Source: Phoronis australis
Taxonomy: Eukaryota; Animalia; Phoronida
Length of the DNA stretch: 64,000 nucleotides
Direction of reading: 5' to 3'
Assembly (NCBI GenBank): GCA_002633005.1
Contig: NMRA01000687.1
Coordinates: forward strand, 124,001 to 188,000
How positions within the stretch are numbered: position 1 is the first letter of the stretch; each line of letters starts with the position of its first letter. Both the position numbers and the translations under genes were made by a program. Under the pieces are notes generated by a model that searched no databases, was not told where the DNA came from, and was given only the letters and a program-made list of their open reading frames with translations. Shown piece by piece: positions 38,701-52,059 of the stretch.

Positions 38701-41700
38701 AGTACTGACATACGGAATGACCAGACACAACTATCAGATTTTGTTCAGGGTTAATCTCCTGGCTGTAAAATCAATGGCTTACCGAAGGAACCACTTGATT
38801 TGTTTACGTCTGAATTGGACATTTTGCGCAACTGTAACCTCTGTGGGAAGGTATTCTGGATCTCTTCAATGTGGGTTCAGTGGGTCGTGAAAATGTGCAC
38901 ACATATACTGTTGTAACTGACGGTGACGATCACAAGGATCTTAATTCATTAACGCATGTTAATTAATAGCTCCCGGCAAAACAGTCAAATAATTATGAAT
39001 AAAACGTTCTTGAAGTATCCTATGAGTGCAGTACAAATCTTAACATTTCATTAAACACATTAGTTTTATGCGGGCCAACCGCAGTCATCAGATACCGAGT
39101 GCGAGGAATATTTCAGACTTTTGTCGCGTGCACTATCAACTTTATAACAATTAGTTTTTTGCGACTTTGTCAAAGGTCAATTACGAAGACTGTATCAAAG
39201 TAGAGAAATAAAGTTTATCTTCCGCGTGGTGCGGTCACGTGCTCCCACAAACGGGAAAAACGGGTAGTGTCAGTGACAAAGATTAAAAACAACATTTCAC
39301 GCACCATTTCAAAAAAATAATAACAAATTTTAATCAACGAAGTCACATTCGCTGCTTGTAATCAAAGCAATTAGCTCGTGACGAGATTGATCTTTACCCT
39401 ACAGCAATTTTATTTTTTAATAGAAGCATTGTTTGCGTCATGTTAAGTAATTAAACCACGGAGGATAATTACGGTACTATCTGACGTTCTCTTTGAAGCT
39501 ATTACCGCGAGCTATGGCGGAGAATGACTGATGGTATTGCAAAAGGAACAATAGCATATACCCGGGCAAGTATGCACGCAAGTTCAAGCTTTCATCTTTC
39601 AGTTCCTAAAGGCCACTAACGTTAATCACAGTCGAGAATCAGAATAGGAACCCAGTACTGTGTCATTCTTACTCTTGGTTTCAGCATCGATCACCGACAG
39701 CTCCCTCTGGAGTGGTTAAACTTTATATAAAGGTCATTGTTTATTTTCGGGTATGGTTATGATGTTCACGGCACAACGAACCATTGGGGTTTGGTGAAAC
39801 GCTCTCGAGGTCGGGGAAGAAAACTAAAGACTATATACTCGTAGATATTTCAAACTGACAGGCGAGAAGCCTAAAATGACGAAAAAGTTTGGAATAATGC
39901 GAGAATAATATCCAAACATCCGCCAATGTAGGTTAGTTGCGTGAGGATATCCAGGCTAGGGACAGCAACTGTGCGAGTGTCATCTCAGATGCGACCTATT
40001 CCCATGCATCTCCTTGGTAAGGATTTGCAAAATACTTAATTTTCATTTACCCATGGGGCACCCCGGTACTGGTGTAGAATCCCACGTTGTCAAAATTGAC
40101 AGCTTCGCACGTTAACCTTCTGCTTTAAACAACAAGTGAATGAACGTCACAGAAACCCGGGTTCTTGAGCACATTGAGCTTGTTGGTACCTCAACTGATT
40201 AGAATCATTTCTAAAATGTACAATTTGTTTCTTACCCCCAATTATAACTCGAGTTATTGATACCAGTCAGAGATCACTAGCAGATGCTGTTAAATCGAAC
40301 CTAATTATATCGTAGAATTGTCCACGTTTGTTCAATTTATTGGTCTCAACTATTGCGTCAGCGAACATTTTGGTTTTGCTGAAAACTGATTTTAGGGAAC
40401 CCTTAAAGCGTCCAACCACTTACATCTGTAGTGTGTACAAGTAATTCTCCGGTTTGTATTCAAATATTTGCTCAAGAATTTACACGTTGTTGAAATGTGT
40501 GAATCTGCAAATGATAAGCCTGTCCAACCACCATAAATGTAAACGAGTCAAAACGACTACTCAACGATAATCTCACGAATCAACATTGTCAAGAGTAATC
40601 GGCAATAAACAATTATCCCACATGCATGCCTAGATAGAGGAAAAAATTTTCCGAAGTTGAGTTCGAGTTTTTGTTGCTAAACTGGTTTATATAGACGTTT
40701 TTGTAAATTCAGACTATCAGTCCACACTACCGAACTTTTCCAAGCATTGAGGTAGTGTTTTGTATTCTTTTCATATATCGAGGGAATTACATATGGAAAA
40801 CTCGGCATTTCAATGTAATCGAGTACAGACAAAAAACAAAAACACTGTGGCAGATCTGAGCTAATAACCAACTTGTTGTTGCTGAGGCGACGTAGTCGAC
40901 GAATTAAAGAGAAGCCTCACTTTTGAACAAGGGCATAGATTAAAAAATGTACTCGACAAGGGGCATATCCTTGTTTCCTTCACGAATAAAGAATTTTTGA
41001 CGGAAGTGAAGCCATCAATACTAGACAAGACATAAGCAGCGTCTCATTTATACGATTTGTATTCCATTTATTTAATATGCGATCATACTGCATTGCTTCC
41101 AAAAACGACATACATCACCGAATTTCAACAAACTTGTTTGATAATCCGCCAATTCCGGTATACTTTTTTTGCAAACTCGACCATGTTTGAGCTGGCAAAC
41201 AAAAGGTCAGTGAAGATTTCGCTTTGTTTCAAGTTGTGCCTAGTGGTATTAATTCAAACAAAAATGAGACTATGGACTGTACATGTATAACCCGTGGTAG
41301 AAGAGAAGTGAAATGATGGTAGAATTTGAAAAAAAAACAACTCATCTGTGTTGGCGAGAGAGGAACGAAAACCAGAAGAAAAATTTCAGACCTTTCTCAG
41401 TTCCACCGAGGTACCCGACTTGCCGCGTTTAGAATTAATAAAAAAACAGTCGTAAGTATATTTTCCAGTCGCGTAACAATTTATCAACGAGGCGTAAATT
41501 TTGAAAACGATACAATTCCCCGCCCTCAGGACCCTAGATAGTACATCAATGCAATGCGGTCAATGCAGTGTAAGACGGCCCAAATACGGCTTTAGGTATC
41601 AATGCCACTTACAAATTAACAAGCGCATGAACCGTTCTCAATTGGGCTAATTTATGAGGAGCTATCCTCGCCTGAACAAAACATGCTTTTGTCAATTTGA

Positions 41701-43645
41701 CTACATCAGCACTGCAATGACTGCGTTAATCATAGTAGTCGCGAGGGTACGCCGGTAACAACTTTTATCAGTTGCTTCACCGCTTGGAGAAGGCCAGTAA
41801 ATCTAAAGTCTTCACATTCTATTCCTCAGAACTCCGTGGGCTATTTCTAACCATTCAACTCTCGGTGGTAACGACAGTTCACCCCTTAAGAAACGTGTAT
41901 TGTACGCGGTATCTGTATTCTGCATTGGCAAAGCAATATTTGAATCATTTGTGTAAATTCAAGCTTTACAAACCAGATAACAGTCACCTGTATCTCCTCA
42001 CAAAAACTAAACGAAGTACAGTCTATAGTAAACGAAACAACTTATAACACCGCATTTTCCATTTTCATTTCAAAAAACGAATTTAGCCTCGAAAGCTGGC
42101 CTAAGCCGATAAAGCTCGTCAGCGGTCTTTTTAGAGCGCGTCACCAAAACGGTCCCAAAGTCACGACTAATTTATTTATATACAATGTTTGAATGACTTC
42201 ATCACTTATCAGATTAAAATAGACACTGCTTTCAGGCGGGAAACCCAATCCGTGACCAGGCCGAAACGAAACACCGCCTCCTTGTCCGCCTGCCATACTG
42301 ACTGTCACCGAATACTAAACATTTGCCCCAAATCTTTTGTGCATTAAAATGAGCTCATTTGTACTCGTCACTGCTGACTGTCAACGAAGGACCCTGTCTC
42401 TCACCAAAAAATTAAGGCCGCTCTTCATGTCAGTGATTAATTTAAAGTTTAAAAGGTCGCTATAATCACTCTTACAGCCACTCACTTCAAGTGCCAGTCA
42501 TTTGGTCAAGTATATTTCACGGAAATAAATGCATTAGTTCCTTCACCTTTTGACGTTTATAAGATTCAAATGTAAATGTTTTCAAATTGAAAAAAATGTC
42601 AAAATGGTTAAACTCGCGAAGTCAAATATTTCTGTGAATTCAAACATTGTTTATTTCACATAATTAGTAAAAAATTAATTGGAGCAACAAATTTAAGAAC
42701 TTTTAGAGAAAGTGTTACCTATGATAACGGGCGTTTAACTGTCTCTGAATTGTCTGTTCAGTTTTGTTTTTAAAATAGCGTCAGAGTTGGTTGGATGAGT
42801 ATTCAACACAACACGTCCTAATGACAGTGAATTTAATGCGCCATTATTTTCAATAGCTAGCCGGTGGGTAGCCAAATAGCTCGCGGTGAACGTTAATTAG
42901 CAAGCGTTCAAAATCACAACCCTGATTGGTATAAAATTTAAATCCTAATTGGTTGGATATCGAATGTACATCGCTAATGGTGAGCGACTTTGTCAGATGG
43001 TGTGTGTTAACAGTACCTAGGGTCAGAAAGAGGTTAAACAAAAATTAAATTCCAATTTTTTCAATTTCCTTTCAAAGCCCATTCAGGCGGTGATGAAACT
43101 GCAGCTAAGTAAGTTTCAATATGTCTTTAATTCAAAACTTGAATTCTACACGCCAATTAGGTGATTTCATTCTAATATCTATTTGCTTTGCTGATATATT
43201 ATATCAGAACTTATCCGGGAAAATTATTGGCAAAAATGTACCTGATGCTTTCTACAATCGGTTTATTAATTTTTGTAATTTGATTGTTTGTCGACGAATT
43301 TCATTTAGCCTTTAATTGAATTTAACCGGTCCCACCACACAAGAGAAAGCACCAACTCACGCACAAATATCAGATGGGGAACCGATTTTTTAAAAGTAAA
43401 GTTCCATTCATGATTGAACTGTGTCTATTGTATTTACTTTGCATTACATCTCATTGTGTTGAAATAATAAGTAGAATATTTATTAAGATGAATAATCCAG
43501 CCACCGATGATATGAAAGATTTCAATCATACGCATTCACTTGATATTTTTCAATACACAATTACACGAGAATTATTTTTCTACAGTAAGACATGCCAGAG
43601 CGAATCAAGAATTGCTACCAACGACAGTCACAAAATTCTACTTAC

Positions 43646-43992
43646 ACTGGGTATAGTATCCTGGTTGCAGCAACCTTCAGACAGGAGTCTGTCCCTTATC
43701 TCCCACGCAAATATAGACGGACACTCCCTCTTGTAAACGGCAATCTTTGCCACCACTTCGGGAGTCGCCACCCTGGGTTTTGAGCCGCCAATAGCCCGTG
43801 GTCGGATAGACCCAGTCTCGTAGTAGCGACCAAGAATTTTGCTAACACACCCATTGGACACTTGTAATATCCGGGATATGTCACAAGGGCGGGCACCGCT
43901 GTGCGCTAGTTCAACAATTCGTTGGCGGGTGGAATCAGGCAGTGGACGACCGTTAACGAATACTCCGCCTAACTGGTTGACACCGCTATGCC
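43646..43992 (-). CDS. Pax6: Pax6 paired-domain exon ([19 protein letters not shown]...[10 protein letters not shown]...DTIPS)
   Basis: Near-identical to the Pax6 paired domain, with the Pax6-diagnostic I42/Q44/N47 residues. Acceptor tttcag, donor GTAAGT; 347 nt = 2 + 115 codons. Confidence 0.99.
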
Positions 43993-45119
43993 CTGAAATT
44001 TTTGAAAGTATAAAGTAACAACCGGTGAAAGAAGCTAATTTCTTGTTTTAAACCGACAGAATTCAGTTTGGGTTGGCATAGAAAGCACTTAAAACAAAAA
44101 CGCCAAGTATTGATCAGTTTCTATTGTTTTCTGAAAAAAATAAGTATACCACATAAAAAATACTGAAATATGAATAAAACCAGCACGTAAGAACTATACA
44201 CGTTCGCTTGCACTAATGTCGCATAAATAAGTCTTATATTGGGAAACCGACTTGACGCTCAACAAGCATGTATCAATGTTTAGTCTGTTCTTATTGAATA
44301 CGGTTGCATATACATTTAATGACTTAATATTATTTAATGCTGTAGTGTGAAAATGTTTAATTGTTCTGATCGAATTTCGATTATTCGCGTGAATAAAATG
44401 TCTGCTACATATGCCTGTATTGAATAAGTAATGACAAAACAAAACACCTTGATTATGGAAACAAAAGTATCCCTGTATTCGTATGCCTTAGATAGAAACC
44501 GTGGCAAGTATAACACGCAAACGGTTTTGTACATATTTACTCGGGCCAGTTGCGTGTATGAAAATAGCAACAATCGGTTATAATGTGATTTGCAAAGCAC
44601 AGTCTTAGATTTTGCCTCTGGCGCTTTTGGCGATAACTGTATCTGCTGCAATAAACAACTTCTTCTGGAATCCTTCACTCAATTACCAATCCAGTTAAAA
44701 AGTGCCAAACTTGTCCGACTGTCTCTTTACACTCACAGCTTATTAAGAGTAAAAACAACTAATCACTGAATTGATGGAAACTTTAATTACAGGTGTTAAG
44801 CACAAAGGGCTGAAGATAAAAATGTCATAAAAATCACCACAGCGTTTCCAATTGACTTTCATAGGGGTTTGGTCATCATTCATGCATTCATCATAAAACT
44901 GTCACTCATAAAAAATAAAATCAATTGATAAAATGCTCTAAAGAGCTCAGAAATAAAATGAAACAATCAAAAAGTCCTATTAACAAATTGCTCTGTTCGA
45001 CTCGTCCAGTGACAAAGCCGTGCTTATCCAGGTATTACATCGGGCAGCTTCACTAATGCACTCGCTGAACCCTAAGTGGAAGCCACCTGAAAGAAGGGCT
45101 GAAGTAACGCAGGTCCTAC

Positions 45120-45225
45120 CCCGTGTCTTTCGCTTGGCCGAGCCGTGACTTTGTGATGGCACGGGAGAACGAGAAGGCGACGACGATACGGACGAGGCGG
45201 AGACTGACTTTTGTAATTCACTCAT
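45120..45225 (-). CDS. Pax6: Pax6 proximal first coding exon (MSELQKSVSASSVSSSPSRSPVPSQSHGSAKRKTR-G)
   Basis: ATG at 45225, 35 codons + 1 nt, then a GTAGGA donor. Phase 1 matches the paired-box exon (G+GG = Gly, giving KRKTRGHSGVNQ). GC-box and YY1-like motifs lie about 115-150 nt upstream. Inferred from phase and context, not from transcripts. Confidence 0.7.
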
Positions 45226-45336
45226 ACTGTGTCTCTTCGGCAATAAATCTTATCCAGTCGAGTAAAACATTTAACCAAGCGACCCCCGCCGCATCGATAT
45301 GAACCGACGCTTCGACTGCCCGGCGCATTCACACGT

Positions 45337-45378
45337 CCAATATGGCGGCCAGACTGGCACTAATACAGGGGGCGGAGC
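45337..45378 (-). promoter_or_regulatory. Candidate Pax6 proximal promoter
   Basis: Read on +: YY1-like AATATGGCGGC (45339-45349) overlapping CCAAT (45337-45341), and GC box GGGGCGGAGC (45369-45378), in a locally CpG-rich patch just upstream of the 45225 ATG. Confidence 0.5.
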
Positions 45379-47550
45379 TTGTGAATAATATTAATATATT
45401 GTGAATATTATGGTCGGCGCACACACGGGTTTGTACAGCAAGCAATGGATGGGCAATAGAAAAGAATGCCTCTGTCAAAACAACGCGTTTTCAATAGATT
45501 GGGGTTTACTCGACGACCTACAAAATCGGCTGTTCAAATGAGCTGTTAATTTTTTCATCACCAGGCATCAATTGAGTGAAATTGATTAACGTTTAATAAT
45601 CCTAAATGACATGGAAATTGCTCGTCTATTGTCATCGCATTCATTTTGGTACAGAACAAGTATTTTTAATGAAAAACCCCAGGAAGTTATGTATAACGGT
45701 GACGTGGCTTAGACTTTTGAAAATTCAGTTAATTCTCCGAACTGTGGTCAACATGCTACAACCTGGTTTGTTTCTTGAAAGCAGGTTCGTTCTTTTACTA
45801 AATTAAAAATAAACACGGACAAGAGTACTGACCCCGTTACGGAGCCGCCCCCTACACCCCTCGGGTTATTTTCTCGTCACTATTATGCGCCCACCCGCTT
45901 CGATGCTGGGCACTATTATTCAGTCACCTAACAACACCGTGCCAGTCACTGAGTGAGTGTTTGTTATTTCCTCTCTTCTTCGTTTTCACGTCCGTTTTCG
46001 CGGCATAAACAAGACAGGTGCTGACCGGGCCAAGCGTCTACGCGGCTTCGTTCCATGGAACTTGGTAAAGATTCGTTTATAAAAATCGAAAAACGTGAAA
46101 TAAAAACGTAACGGTCTAACTTCTTTTTCAGGATCAACGAAGTTAGGACACGATGGCAGCAAAAGAATGTTGTTCAGATAACGATTTGTTAACATTTTCG
46201 ACAATATGAGGAAGATAAAAAAACGCCACCTAAAAGTAACAACACACATTCTGCGTAGATAAAAGCATTTAAAATTGGGTTGCCGCATTATTCAAGAAGC
46301 CTTAAGAATTCTTAAGACATTCAACGTTTTCAATCAAGAGCATATCCAGTGTTAAAAAAGGAAACGATAAATGCATAATTTCAAAAATCCTAATAATCAG
46401 ATTTCATCGACCTCTTCGTTAAAATGCTAATCACTCAAACGGTGCGTAAAAATTTTCAGCACCTAGGATCATTACGGGATATTATTTCAAACTTATTAAC
46501 CGAAATTATTCAATTTACCTTCGGATTAATCCGTTGTGGAATTAAAATGTTTATGCTTCTGTCGCGGTTCATTTGCTTTGAAGAGACAATTGAAATAATG
46601 ACCGAAGCTCAATACTGTCGGCTCCGTATTTTACCATTACAGAAAACCAATTATAATCAAAACATCAAAAACCGTTCGCAATTGTAGTTCAGCTGAAAAT
46701 GTCACCGAATTTATTTTCAGTTGGCAAGAGGAAAAAAGGTTTCAATCCTATTCGAAGATCAGCGATTTTAGAAAGGAATTATCGAATTACGTATTGTCAT
46801 TATTTGAGACCATACCGTCTGCGACGACCCCGGAGAAAGCGGTTATGTCTTTACCAGTCATTAAATTTAATTTATTTCGTTATTTTCATGTCATTCTCAT
46901 CGCCAGCCATTTGATGTATGTCGTCCTCAGCATCAATCAAATGTCCAATAAATCCGCGCGCTTACAAAACCATCGAAGATTTACGGGAGAAGGCTTTGCA
47001 AACTTACTCACGTATAGTTATTCATCTTTCTGACAGAAAACGTTTTATCAGTTTTAAAACGTGATATCATGGGTTTCCATGGTGACGGAAATGATCGGCG
47101 ACCAGCAGGGCACTGATACATTTGGTTGTAACCGGTGTCAGATTTTGAAAAGACATAAGCAAGGAAATAATTTTAAGCAAAATTTCAGTGTGTGATAGAA
47201 ATTAAGTCAATTTTACACGCCTGTAGATAAAGGGAGACAAGCAGCCAACATTCCACGGAGTGCATGTTGGCAAGTTCCCTCTTACACCAGTCGAAACTGC
47301 TCGATAATTTTCGAGTCCTCACTTTTTTGTTAATTTAAGTAAATTTAACAAACAATTGTAACTCTTTATGCGCTCTTACACTGGCAAATGTGTTTCAAGA
47401 ATCTTAACTTTTATAATTATATTTACATGATTTGATCCAATTTTAAATATTTCAAAATTGGTCTACTTAACTCAGCGAATATAAAACCACAGACGATCTC
47501 GAGGGAAGGGTTCGGCTTTTAAAAGACTTGAAAAATGCAAAAATGCTTAC

Positions 47551-47598
47551 CACGACGGATTCTTCCCTTACGAGATCCGCTGGAATTTGGGTCATCAT
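47551..47598 (-). CDS. Pax6: Pax6 alternative N-terminal internal exon ((x)DDPNSSGSRKGRIRR-G), 48 nt, phase 1-1
   Basis: T-rich acceptor ...tttctgtatttttagtag and donor GTAAGC. Reading frame is open and joins the paired exon as RIRRGHSGVNQ. Confidence 0.7.
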
Positions 47599-50500
47599 CT
47601 ACTAAAAATACAGAAATAAATATAAATATCTCCACTGTCAATCGCTCAATACCAATTATTTTTCATCTCATATTTTTGCTACAAAAATCATAACCAAAGA
47701 TGTCGAGTGACGGCATTCATAGCGGCACAAAATATTGGAAACTAGGTTAAGAAGGTCTATTCTATTTGATTCCAGTTTTCTTCTGTATCTACGAAGGCAG
47801 AGAGGTTTAAGCAAACACAGTCTCGTTAAAAAGTGGATTAATTCAATTTCCTTTCACGTTGCCTTGAGCAACAGCGCATCCGAATACAGGGATAGAATTA
47901 TTTATATGATCAAAAACTAACGAGGCTCGCTGACCGAGAAATTACAATTGGCAAAAACGAGAACTTGCTTAATATGACAATTGAATAAGCAACTGTTTTG
48001 AAAAGCTCAATTCTCAGCGGAGATAACCCTTGCGGTTTGCCCATACAGGTGAGACACGCATACGGGTAAAAGTCATTAAATAGAAGTTTATTTCACTATT
48101 AACTCTGAAAAAATATCTACCATGAATAAATAAATTGCGACACGGCTGACCACGTTGGTTGCGGCTGAAATAATTGGCGACTACTTAACTGACAAATTAC
48201 ACCCACCCCATCGGATTAAAATCCCCGTGCACTTATTGACCCCGCAGCGATATTGTCACGAAAGCGAGTGGCGTTGTATTTTGAGTGTAGCATAATTCAG
48301 CGATTGCTTTATTCAAGTTACTGCATTTAAATTTTCAATTGGCGATCTTGTAAGGCTGTTGACGAGGTACTTAACTTCATTCAACCTTTCCTCGTGTCGT
48401 CTCGGGAAAAATCCTCACTTGCTATCTTCACACACAATAAGCTCGAGTGACAAGTAAGTTCGTTCGGTATACTTTATCGTGAGGCACAATAAACGAGGCG
48501 TTTATTAACGTGGAATTAAATTAACGTCACAACGGTGCCTAATTCGTCACTTTAAAACTTTGAAAATGGCGTGTTTTAGTTCGCTTTTAAAGTTAAAACT
48601 AATAAAAGGGTATTTTTCTTCAGGAATAATACACAACAAAGAAATAAACAAATGTTACTATTACAGCGGGAACTAACAATGAAACGATATAGCGGCGAAG
48701 AATAAAGTGCTTACGATTAATAAAATTGCTGAAACGTGATGCAGTGCAAACCGGTGCAATAACTGTGGAAATAATTTTCCAATAACAAAATTTCTTTCCA
48801 TTCTATTAAAAAGAATGTAGCAGATACTACGTGGATTTCGTAGAAAGGTGTGACGTCAGTGGCCCATGTTACCACTAAATTTCTCTCACCTTTGATGTTG
48901 GAAGACGGTTGGATTGAGGAATCCGGCATGGTCATCAGGTCGATTACAACTAATCACCAACGTCCGTGTTACTACCAGATCTATGAAACGAAAATGGAAA
49001 TAAAATAGAGTTTCAAGAAAAATATTGCCAAATTATGCACTTCACAAAATGCATACAAAGACGTTACATTGCGTGAAAAAGCTTATTTAGAAAAAACTCA
49101 GATTTCTGTTGAATTATTGCTAAAATGTCCTATCGATGCATAATTTTCACTAAACTATTTTAGTCAAATTCAAGATGTGGATATCCTGTGTTTTGAGTAG
49201 TCATCAAGGTCAATGCGCAAAAACAACAGATTGTCGAATGATTAAGAATATCAAGGGATCAGAGTGGCAGAGCTGTGTCATATTGCCATATATCACTGAC
49301 ATAGCACAATGTCATAATTTAATATTTCTTTGTAAAGTCTAACCGAAAAGCTTTCACACTTTTGTTGACGAGAGAACGTCCGACTCGGAGTAAAAATCTT
49401 AATCATGACAAATTTTGCCTTATTGTGTCCTCATTTACACAAGCCTACGTTCGGTGTGCCGAGATCAGTTGCGGGTAAATTATACACGTGAATAGGCGCT
49501 TAGAATAACACCTATTATATTTGACCGAGTTTAAATATTATTGAACTAATTCAATAAAAATCCCTGCACGAGAAATATTCGGACTAAAGGCACACACGGA
49601 ACGCCAAAACCGTTTACAACGTTTCTGTTCAGTGCTTAAATGTTTAAAGTTCTTTACTGAACATTTATGTCGATTCGGGAAACCCCAGTGAAGCATCGGT
49701 AAAACCAGACTGCCCCTTACGCTAGAGTAAAGCGAATGAAGGGACGACCTATCGCTTGAATGCATGCGTAGTCCAAGCGGAATGACCGCTCGTGCCATCA
49801 ACGTTCGATCATATACTCACTAGCAATACCCTGTCTAAGCCCCGCAATCCTTAAACTCCAGTGAAAACCGTTGTTAAAACTCCTTGCTCAAGACTCTGTA
49901 TTCGTGTGCGATTTTGCCGAGGCCACTACTGTACACTGACGTTCTTCCATGCACAGGCTAAACTGTAGTGAAACCCATGTGACGTATGCACTGAATCGGA
50001 CCAATAGGATTGATTAAGAGACAGTCAAGTCGAGAACACGGTCGCTCATGAATGGTGATTCGCGGTCTACTTACCAACTTAAAACACCAACACAAATCAG
50101 CTCTTTGCAATCATTAGATATCATTATCTCACGTTGTTTTAGGATTGTGAAAAATTAAGAGTTCGAAAACAGAATCGGTCTCGTCATGTTACCGACACAG
50201 TGAAAGGCAACCGCAGTCTATTCAAAAGATTCTGTCTATTGTTATGACTCAGATAATAGCGAACACTCAATAAATAATAAAGATATGTCGATGAATACAC
50301 GAATACAAATTGAAAAGCCTGTGCGACATGGTTGCTTTCGTGAAGTTCTTCTTCACACGCTGGCGCTACACGTAGAGTTTGTATTATACAATGTGTGTGT
50401 TTAGAAGAGACGGCCTATGAAACCAGTTTACAAATTCCATATTCTTGTAGATTTAGTTGTTTACATCGTGTCAGTTGTACTCGTCAACACAAAACTGAAT

Positions 50501-52026
50501 CAAACGACATCTATAATTCATGGTAACAAACTAGCTCACTTTACAGTTAGCATCGTTCAGAAACATCTTTGCCCTTAGAGTGTTTATGTTATGAATTATT
50601 GAAATCTGACTTTTAAAACTGTGGTCTACTAAATATCACATTTGATCACAAACACGATTAAATTTGATATAACAATACACGTGTAATTCACAACGGTTTA
50701 TATAGGAGCCACGCATATTCAAATTATTGTGAGGCTAAAAATATTCACACGGTGCTCGTTTCCAATTCTTCCTATTTGTTTAAAGTACATATATTTCAGC
50801 TAAGCTCGTATATGGTAACTAGAGTCGTGAATATGAATTTAATTTTACTTGTAAAATGTTTGACTATGTACGATTCGTATTCAAACTTTACTTTCTGTTC
50901 ACGTAAGCCTAAACAGAGACTTAGGCATAGACACAAGTTTTGGCATAAGTCTATATTAGCAGTTTACGTTAAAACGTCGTAAAATGACAGCATTTTAGTG
51001 AAACAGTATTCTGGTACATTGTGTGACTCTGGAAACACTTTAAGTAGTCTTACAACCGTTTGTCGTTTTTACGCTTAAATCCTCGTGTTTACGTAGCGCG
51101 TTATGTGGTCGAAAAAGAAAACGGGGGTCAATGGGCCACAGGCAGATTTAAGCTTTAAATCGCTACACACTGACTCAACTTTTTGTGAACATGTCTTGTG
51201 TTTACGTTAGTACACTTTCAGGCACGCTGACGAGCACAAATCGGCTTAGTCGGTCCCCAGTCATTATTAGAGGAGCAACGCTGGTTGGGCATTGAGATGA
51301 GGATGCCTACCACTGTTGCCCCTCTTTAAAGTTAGCGGCATGCAATAGAGGGATTAGCAGCGGTTAACAAGCCTTTAACGACCTTCTGCTGAGACAGGGG
51401 CAGCTCTGGTGAGCGGAGCCAGATTAGAAGAGTTTCTCTTTTGTTAGGCAAGAGTAGCGTTTTCTATGGGCCCGTCTGCAGGCCCCACTCCTACTGTGAC
51501 TAATAATGTGTACCGAGTACCCCTATTCACACCAGGTACTCCGGCAAATAATACACTCGGATGCACGTGGCTTGCCACAGCTATACCGTCATTCATGGCT
51601 TTTACATACACATTCAGAACGAGTTTAGCGCGAACCCAGGTCACTGCTGAACATCAAAAGCAAATTAAATGTTATCATATTAGTGTTGCTGGTTCGTTAA
51701 CAATTGACCAGGTTCAGCGTGTTTGGGCTTCTATATTCCACTCTAATAAGATATCAGGGAGCACCAACATTTAAGGACCAATGGTAATCGGATGTAATAT
51801 TTTACGAATCATTAAATTCTCATGTAAACTTTGAAACTTGCGTTAGAAAGACGTGTGTGCTAATGGTGATTTTCTAATAAGAGACAGTTTAAAATGATTA
51901 GACGTTATGTCCACCATCTACTTGCTGGAGGATTCTGGATAGGAGTCACCCGAGAGATACCAATGAGCCAAAAGAACTGACACCGGACGACCAAACTCCG
52001 GACACGGGAATGGAGTTTGGCCATGC

Positions 52027-52059
52027 GTGTGTGTGCGTGTGCGTGTGTGTGTGTGTGTG
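52027..52059. repeat. Interrupted (GT)n/(CA)n microsatellite
   Basis: Directly visible GT dinucleotide run with GC interruptions. Confidence 0.9.

Noticed and set aside
47551-47598. ATGATG at 47598 as the Pax6 start codon
   Set aside because: That frame ends in phase 0 at the donor and is out of frame with the paired domain.
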